23,994 nt of DNA from positions 1-23,994 of the forward strand of contig JBGANF010000119.1 of NCBI GenBank assembly GCA_044222475.1, in the 5' to 3' direction. Origin of the DNA: Polyangiaceae bacterium. Its GTDB lineage: Bacteria; Myxococcota_A; Polyangia; Polyangiales; Polyangiaceae. Below are positions 18,471 to 23,994 of this stretch, piece after piece. Each line of letters starts with the position of its first letter. Position 1 is the stretch's first letter. Below the pieces are notes generated by a model, which was not told where the DNA came from, searched no databases, and saw nothing but the letters and a program-made list of their open reading frames with translations. The position numbers and the translations under genes are program-made.

Positions 18471-19556
18471 ATGGCTGAGAAGGCCAACATCGGGAAGCGG
18501 AAGGCAGACCACATCGCGCTGTGCGCGACCGGCGACGTCGGGTTTCGCGGCGTGGGAACGCTTCTGAGCGACGTGCGCCTCGTGCACGACGCCCTCCCCG
18601 ACATGCACGCCGACGAGGTCGACCTGAGCGTCCGCGCGTTCGGAAAGAAGCTCCGCGCTCCGATCTTCATCGCCGCAATGACCGGCGGGACCGACGAAGC
18701 GACGGCCATCAACCATGGCCTCGCGAAGATCGCCGAGGAGCGAGGCTACGGCTTCGGCCTCGGCAGCCAGCGCGCGATGCTCGTCCGCCCGGAGACGCGG
18801 TCGACGTTCATGGTGCGCGGCGTCCTCCCGACCGGCGTGCTGCTCGGGAACCTCGGCCTCGTGCAGGCGCGGACGATGACCACCAAAGAGGTGCAGACGC
18901 TCGTCGACGACGTGCAGGCCGATGGACTCTGCATCCACCTCAACCCGGCGATGGAGCTGGTGCAGCCCGAGGGCGATCGCGACTTCCGGAACGGCATGGA
19001 GACGATCGAGCGCCTCGTGAAGGAGCTCAGCGTGCCGGTCGTCGTGAAGGAGACGGGGTGCGGCATTTCGCCCTCGGTGGGCGCGAGGGTCGCGTCGATC
19101 GGTGTAGAATACATCGATGTGTCCGGCGCCGGCGGAACGTCGTGGGTCGGCGTCGAGACGATGCGCGCCGAAGAGGTCGGTGACACGCGCTCGCGAAGCC
19201 TCGGCGAAGCGCTCTGGGACTGGGGCGTGCCGACCGCGGTGAGCGTGGCGACGGTGGCGCGAACGGCGAAGGGCGTGAAGATCATCGCCACCGGCGGCAT
19301 GAGCAGCGGGCTCGACGCGGCGCGGGCGATCGCGCTCGGGGCCCACATGGTGGGCATCGCGCGGCCCGCGCTCAAGGCGTTCCACGCCGGCGGACGCGAG
19401 GGCGCGATCGCGTTCTTCGACGCGTTCGAGGCCGAGCTGCGGGCAGCGATGCTGCTCACGGGCTCGCGGACCGTGGCCGACCTGCGCCGAGCGCGAAAGG
19501 TGGTGACGGGTGAGCTTCGCCTGTGGATCGACGATCTGACCGGCGGCGAGGCGTGA
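18471..19556 (+). CDS. fni: Type 2 (FMN-dependent) isopentenyl-diphosphate isomerase
   Basis: 'RKADHI', 'AMTGG', 'GSQR', 'HLNPAMELVQPEGDRDF', 'VKETGCG', 'GAGGTSW', 'WGVPT'; AAGGAG upstream. Confidence 0.96.
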   Translation: MAEKANIGKRKADHIALCATGDVGFRGVGTLLSDVRLVHDALPDMHADEVDLSVRAFGKKLRAPIFIAAMTGGTDEATAINHGLAKIAEERGYGFGLGSQRAMLVRPETRSTFMVRGVLPTGVLLGNLGLVQARTMTTKEVQTLVDDVQADGLCIHLNPAMELVQPEGDRDFRNGMETIERLVKELSVPVVVKETGCGISPSVGARVASIGVEYIDVSGAGGTSWVGVETMRAEEVGDTRSRSLGEALWDWGVPTAVSVATVARTAKGVKIIATGGMSSGLDAARAIALGAHMVGIARPALKAFHAGGREGAIAFFDAFEAELRAAMLLTGSRTVADLRRARKVVTGELRLWIDDLTGGEA

Positions 19557-19584
19557 TACGGTCGGAGGCCGCAAGAGACGTGGG

Positions 19585-20487
19585 ATGGGCATGACGGCCA
19601 AACGCTCGACGAAGAACAAGAAAACGCCCGCGAAGAAGTCGATCCGCGCGACGCCCCGACCGCCGAGCCGGCACCCGGTGGCGGCGGAGAAGGTCGACGC
19701 GGTGCAGAGCGTCTTCCGCAAGAGCGCGATGCTCGCCGAGGAGCTCATCACCGACGTGGAGAAGCTCCGCGAGGCGAAGATGGCGCTCGAGACCGAGAAC
19801 GCATCGCTGCGCACGCACCTCGCGAAGAACTCCGCGCTGAAGGAGCTGCTCGACAAGATCCGCATGCTCGAGCGCGAGAAGAGCTTGCTCCTCTCGCACG
19901 TCCAAGACGCGGAAGCCGCATCGACGCGGTACTCGGCGCGGTACGGCGAGATGGAGGAAGAGCTGTCGAAGCTCGCCAACGTCTACATCGCGAGCTACCA
20001 GCTCCACTCGACGCTGCGACTCTCGCGCGTCGTGCGTCACCTGAAGGAGCTGCTGCAGCAGCTCGTCGGCGCGCGGGCGTACGGGATCTACTGGGCGGAG
20101 GGGCCCAAGAACCTCGTCCTCATCGCAAGCGAGAACATCGACGAGAAGCGCCACGGAAAGATCCACCCCGGTGGCGACGACCCGGCGTCGCCCGCCGTCG
20201 AACGCGCGTTTCTCACCGGCGTACCGTCCATCGCCGAGGGCGAGCTGCCCCACCACGGCGAGAGCGCACCGGCGGCCGTCGTCCCGATGCACTTCGACGA
20301 TCGGGTCGTGGGGATCATCGTCGTGTTCTCCGTCTTCGAGCAGAAGACGCGTTTTTTGCCTGTCGACTTCGAACTGTTCAAAATGCTGGGTGCCCACGCG
20401 GCGAGCGCGCTCACGGGCGCCCTCCTCTATGCTGCGCCGGGAGCCAAGATCCCGGGACCGGAGGCATTTCGTGGCTTGGAGCGCTGA
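19585..20487 (+). CDS. Coiled-coil plus GAF domain protein with no output domain
   Basis: N-terminal heptad region, 'LANVYIASYQLHSTL', 'VVPM...RVVGIIVVFS...DFELFKMLGAHAASAL'. Confidence 0.85.
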   Translation: MGMTAKRSTKNKKTPAKKSIRATPRPPSRHPVAAEKVDAVQSVFRKSAMLAEELITDVEKLREAKMALETENASLRTHLAKNSALKELLDKIRMLEREKSLLLSHVQDAEAASTRYSARYGEMEEELSKLANVYIASYQLHSTLRLSRVVRHLKELLQQLVGARAYGIYWAEGPKNLVLIASENIDEKRHGKIHPGGDDPASPAVERAFLTGVPSIAEGELPHHGESAPAAVVPMHFDDRVVGIIVVFSVFEQKTRFLPVDFELFKMLGAHAASALTGALLYAAPGAKIPGPEAFRGLER

Positions 20488-20499
20488 GGAATCGTACCG

Positions 20500-20883
20500 A
20501 TGACGACCGAGTACACCTGCCTCGTAGTGGAAGACTCGCCGATGATGCGGCAGCTCCTCGTCTTCGCCCTGTCGCGGGTGAAGAACCTGAAGGTGACCGA
20601 GGCCGACGACGGCGTGGACGGCCTGCGCAAGCTCGCGGCGTCCAAGTTCGACCTGATCCTGACCGACATCAACATGCCGATCATGGACGGGCTGAAGCTC
20701 GTGAAGCGCGTGCGGTCGGATCCGATGCACAAGGACACGCCGATCATCATCATCACGACCGAAGGCTCCACCGAGGATCGCAGCCGCGCGCTGCAGCTCG
20801 GCGCGAACGCGTACATCACGAAGCCGATTCAGGCGCCGCAGGTGATCGCGAAGGTCAAAGAGCTGCTCAAGATCGAGGGCTAG
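20500..20883 (+). CDS. Single-domain CheY-like response regulator
   Basis: 'LVVEDS', 'LTDINMPIMDG', 'IITTE', 'YITKP'; GAGGA RBS. Confidence 0.95.
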   Translation: MTTEYTCLVVEDSPMMRQLLVFALSRVKNLKVTEADDGVDGLRKLAASKFDLILTDINMPIMDGLKLVKRVRSDPMHKDTPIIIITTEGSTEDRSRALQLGANAYITKPIQAPQVIAKVKELLKIEG

Positions 20884-20898
20884 CACTGCTCCCGCGCG

Positions 20899-21005
20899 AA
20901 AAGACGAATGCGGGGGAATGTGGAACAGGAATGGGAATGGGAATGGAGAGAGACCTCCGTCATTCCCATTCCAAGTCCCTTCTGAATCCCCCGAATTCGT
21001 CTTTT
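20899..21005. repeat. 107-bp inverted-repeat element with GGGAAT/ATTCCC hexamers (MITE-like or bidirectional terminator)
   Basis: AAAAGACGAATGCGGGGGA (20899-20917) versus TCCCCCGAATTCGTCTTTT (20987-21005), 18/19 complementary; inner GGAATGGGAATG / CATTCCCATTCC. Confidence 0.8.
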
Positions 21006-22356
21006 AGGCGGGCGCGATGAGCTCGGCCGCGGCGAGCAGGCCGTTCTTCGGGTCGTCTCCGACTTTCTCGAGCAGAACGTCCGCTGGGCATTTTCGCGCC
21101 GCCACGAGCGCGATGAGCGGCGCGAGGTACTGGCGTTCGTCCTTGCCGGTCGCGTCGTTGCGGGCACGCCGACCGAGACCGGCGTCGGCGATGGCGACGA
21201 TCGCTTCGGCCGCGTCGCCCGCGGTCTTCCCGCGGAACGGCGTCTTCATCCCAGTTTGGTACACCTGGTTCCGGAGACCGAGGACCTCGGCGAAGGTCCA
21301 CGCGCGGGTCAGCTCGTCGAGGGCGTCTAGGGACTGCGCGTCGTAGAGCAGCCCGGCGTAGAGCGCCTGGAGCGCGAGCGTCATGCCGAAGCCCTGCGCG
21401 TCCGCGCTGCGGATCTCGATCGTGCGCTTGAGGCGCACGTCCGGGAAGAGCGTGTTCACGTGGAGCTGCCAGTCGGCCTGCGTCGCCCGGTGGCCCTGGA
21501 AGCCGTCCTTCATGAAGCTACGGAAGGTCTGGCCCGTGTTGGCCACGACCTCGCCGGCGCGCTTGAAGAGGAACATCGGCACGTCGAGCGCCCAGTCGAC
21601 GTAGTCGCCGAGGGTCGACGTCTCGGGCCAGAGGCGCTCGAGCAGCCCCGAGCGATCGGGGTCGACGTCGAGCCATACGCGGCAGCGCATCGAGAGGAGG
21701 TCCGCGCGCTTCCCCTCGACCCAGGGGCTGTTGGCGAACATCCCCGAGGTGACCGGCGCGATCCGCTGGGCGATGCGCACCTTGCGGATCGCGTCGGCGG
21801 CGCTCGAGTAGTCGAGGTTGGCCTGCACCGTCGAGGTGCGGAGCATCATGTCGAGCGCGTGGCCGCCGCGCGTGGGAAGGTACTTCCGCATGACGCCGTA
21901 GCGCGCCTTCGGGACCCAATCGAGATCGTCGCGCTTGGCGAACGGGTGGAACCCGAGGCTGAGCCAACGCACGCCGAGCTCGCGAGAGACGGGGGCGATC
22001 TCGGCGACGTGTTGGCGCAGCTCGGCCGCGATCGCGTGGACGTCGAGCGCGGGTGCGCCGCTCAGCTCGAGCTGGCACCCGGGCTCCAGGGTGATGCTCG
22101 CGCCGTCGCGCTTGAGCGCGATGAGCGGACCGCCGGCCTTCTCGTAGTCGGCTTCCCAGCGGTGGTCCTTCTCGAGCGAACGGAGCACGCTCAGGACGCC
22201 CCCTTCGTAGCGAATCGGGGAGAGATCGGCCTCGAGGATGCCGAATTTCTCGGCCTCGGGCCCGATGCGATCCGCGCCGCTCGCGCCACCGTGCGCGGTG
22301 AACGGAACGAGGAGCTCGTCGCTGCTCTGGAGGGGCGCTTCCGCTTCGTTCGTCAC
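21004..22356 (-). CDS. gshA: Glutamate-cysteine ligase (plant/alphaproteobacterial GCS2 type)
   Basis: 'IGPEAEKF', 'ITLEPGCQLELSG', 'PKARY..M..Y', 'MML.TSTVQANLD', 'FANSP', 'LFPDVRLKRTIEIRSAD'. Confidence 0.92.
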   Translation of the reverse strand: MTNEAEAPLQSSDELLVPFTAHGGASGADRIGPEAEKFGILEADLSPIRYEGGVLSVLRSLEKDHRWEADYEKAGGPLIALKRDGASITLEPGCQLELSGAPALDVHAIAAELRQHVAEIAPVSRELGVRWLSLGFHPFAKRDDLDWVPKARYGVMRKYLPTRGGHALDMMLRTSTVQANLDYSSAADAIRKVRIAQRIAPVTSGMFANSPWVEGKRADLLSMRCRVWLDVDPDRSGLLERLWPETSTLGDYVDWALDVPMFLFKRAGEVVANTGQTFRSFMKDGFQGHRATQADWQLHVNTLFPDVRLKRTIEIRSADAQGFGMTLALQALYAGLLYDAQSLDALDELTRAWTFAEVLGLRNQVYQTGMKTPFRGKTAGDAAEAIVAIADAGLGRRARNDATGKDERQYLAPLIALVAARKCPADVLLEKVGDDPKNGLLAAAELIAPA

Positions 22357-22424
22357 TCGGGCGAAGACTTAGCACGCCGAATCGGAACCCCAAAGTGAAG
22401 GAATGTGTGGCAAAACGGGCACCG

Positions 22425-23096
22425 ATGCTCCGCGAGGCCGCGCATTTTCTGGTGCACGCGCCGGGGACTCTCTGGCTCAAGGCGAGACTGTCCCAGGCGG
22501 AGCTCTACGACGTGCTCATGGGTCGCGCGGAGGAGCGAGGCCTGGGCGAGGCGCGAGCGAAGTTGGCTGGCGCGGCCGAAGGACGCGTGCTCGAGGTCGG
22601 CTGCGGTACCGGGATGCTGTTTGCACACTACACGGATCGCGCGAACGTCGTGGCGATCGACACCGACGAGAAGTTCCTCGAGCGGGCGAAGGACCGAGCG
22701 AAGGCATCGAAGGCGGCGATCGAGCTCGCGGTGGGCGACGTGATGGGGCTCCCCTACCCCGACGGATCGTTCGACGAGGTCGTCGCGTTCCTCGTGATGT
22801 GCAGCGTGCCCGATCCGGCGAAGGCGCTCGCGGAGTGCAAGCGGGTGCTGCGGCCGGGGGGAACGCTGCGCCTGTTCGAGCACGTCGTGAGCGACGACAT
22901 CGTCAGCGCGCAGATGATGCGGCTGCTCGACCCGCTGTGGCTGGCGGCCAATGGCCAGGGCTGCCACCTCGACCGCGACGCCGTCGCATCCGTCGAGGCT
23001 GCCGGATTCACCCTCGGCGAAGTCCAGAAGAGCCAGATGTGGTCACCCGGGCTCCCAGCGTTCCCGCTGCGGCGCATCACCGCACACCGGTCCTAA
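22425..23096 (+). CDS. Class I SAM-dependent methyltransferase
   Basis: 'VLEVGCGTG', 'LPYPDGSFDEVV', 'CSVPDP..AL.E..RVLRPGG.L.LFEHV', 'GCHLDRD'; alternative GTG start at 22395. Confidence 0.92.
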   Translation: MLREAAHFLVHAPGTLWLKARLSQAELYDVLMGRAEERGLGEARAKLAGAAEGRVLEVGCGTGMLFAHYTDRANVVAIDTDEKFLERAKDRAKASKAAIELAVGDVMGLPYPDGSFDEVVAFLVMCSVPDPAKALAECKRVLRPGGTLRLFEHVVSDDIVSAQMMRLLDPLWLAANGQGCHLDRDAVASVEAAGFTLGEVQKSQMWSPGLPAFPLRRITAHRS

Positions 23097-23109
23097 ACCC
23101 CCGCAACTC

Positions 23110-23570
23110 GAACACACGAGTACGTGCACGTCTCACGTGAACGTGAACGTGTACGAGCACGAGTACGAGTACGAGTGCTCTACGAACACGACTAGGAGCA
23201 CGTGCACGTGCACGTGAACGGGGACGTGAACGGGCACGTGAACGGGGACGTGAACGGGCACGTGAACGGGGACGTGAACGGGGACGTGAACGGGGACGTC
23301 CACGCGACCGTATGAACTCGTTCACGTACCCGTACTCGTTCACGTACCCGTATTCGTTCACGTACCCGTGTTCGTTCACGTACCCGTGTTCGTTCACGTA
23401 CCCGTGTTCGTTCACGTACCCGTTCACGTGCGCGTGATCGTTCACGTACCCCTACTCGTTCACGTTCCTTTTCGCGTGCACCTGCACCTGCTCCTAGTCG
23501 TGTTCGTAGAGCACTCGTACACGTGAACGTACACGTACACGTACACGTACACGTGTACGTGCACGACGAC
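23110..23570. repeat. Composite palindromic tandem-repeat element between convergent genes
   Basis: 32-bp perfect inverted repeats (23169-23200 / 23489-23520) enclosing 7 x ACGTGAACGGGS (23212-23295) and about 6 x TCGTTCACGTACCCGTNN (23318-23423), with hexamer runs outside. Confidence 0.93.
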
Positions 23571-23587
23571 GCGAGGGTACTGGAGGC

Positions 23588-23994
23588 CTACGCGATCGCG
23601 GTCTTCGCGCTCGCGCTCGAGCGGATCGTCTTCTTGCGATCGAAGATCCGCAATCGCCGGATCACGAGGTCGAGCAGGTACACGGCGATGGCCGCCCCGA
23701 TGAACCAGGACCACAGGTCCTGGTGGTACGTGATGGTCTGGCCGGCCGGGTCGAAGATCTCCTTGGCGAGCGGGTCCATCTTGCCGCCGGTGACGATCGC
23801 GGCCTGCGCGAGTGTCTCCTTGTCGGCATTGAACGCGAGGTACTCGCGCGGGTACGGGTTCGACACGTGGCCGAAGCTCTCGGCCACCGTCGCCGACTTG
23901 AACCCGCCCTTGCCGTCCTCGACCGACTTCTCGAGCGATGCGTGCAAGAGGAACGACCCGTAGTGATCCATCGGGAAATCGACCTCGTACCGGC
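23588..23994 (-). CDS. C-terminal fragment of a membrane-anchored protein (resembles the tail of VWA-domain membrane proteins); 5' end outside window
   Basis: Frame open to the window edge (..RYEVDFPMDHYG..); 'YPREY......L.Q.A..TGG' and TM 'LWSWFIGAAIAVYLLDLVIRR'. Confidence 0.7.
   Translation of the reverse strand, partial: RYEVDFPMDHYGSFLLHASLEKSVEDGKGGFKSATVAESFGHVSNPYPREYLAFNADKETLAQAAIVTGGKMDPLAKEIFDPAGQTITYHQDLWSWFIGAAIAVYLLDLVIRRLRIFDRKKTIRSSASAKTAIA

Noticed and set aside
20911..20946. G-quadruplex or telomere-like repeat
   Set aside because: Only three runs of three or more G, and a complementary arm nearby favours a hairpin.
21004..23096. Ergothioneine cluster (egtA plus egtD)
   Set aside because: The methyltransferase is a short generic class I enzyme, not EgtD-like; the genes are divergent and no egtB or egtC is present.
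23077..23445. ORF with NEHGYV and RPRS repeats, plus the VHVHVY/YEYE-type ORFs nearby
   Set aside because: Open frames follow from stop-free repeat units whose lengths are multiples of three; no RBS or domain is evident.
23212..23465. Possible CRISPR array
   Set aside because: Units are 12 and 18 bp, directly adjacent, with no unique spacers, and no cas genes are in the window.

Overview
Very GC-rich bacterial chromosomal window. Gene content (Tgl-like TPR lipoprotein, classical mevalonate pathway, plant-type glutamate-cysteine ligase, Uma2 protein with a coiled-coil tail) suggests Myxococcota, probably Polyangiaceae; this is inference. Left to right: a convergent Uma2 / DUF559 nuclease pair bracketed by two copies of a GNA-triloop palindromic element; a minus-strand housekeeping run (hisB, Crp/Fnr regulator, tgl-like, RodZ-like HTH, recO, PfkB kinase, DUF971, murJ); a lipoprotein and tRNA-Leu(GAG); a long minus-strand run (polyprenyl synthase, mvk, mvaD, phosphomevalonate kinase, HMG-CoA reductase, NfeD-like, two flotillins, sensor-less hybrid histidine kinase); divergent fni, GAF protein and CheY-like receiver; gshA; a SAM methyltransferase; a ~450-bp palindromic tandem-repeat element; and the 3' end of a membrane protein. 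Most notable: (i) isoprenoid synthesis genes co-oriented with an NfeD-flotillin-kinase module, (ii) a hairpin covering the RBS and start codon in the long leader of the mevalonate operon, (iii) three unrelated palindromic intergenic elements. No CRISPR array, transposase or prophage was seen. All product calls come from reading motifs by eye; no database search was run.
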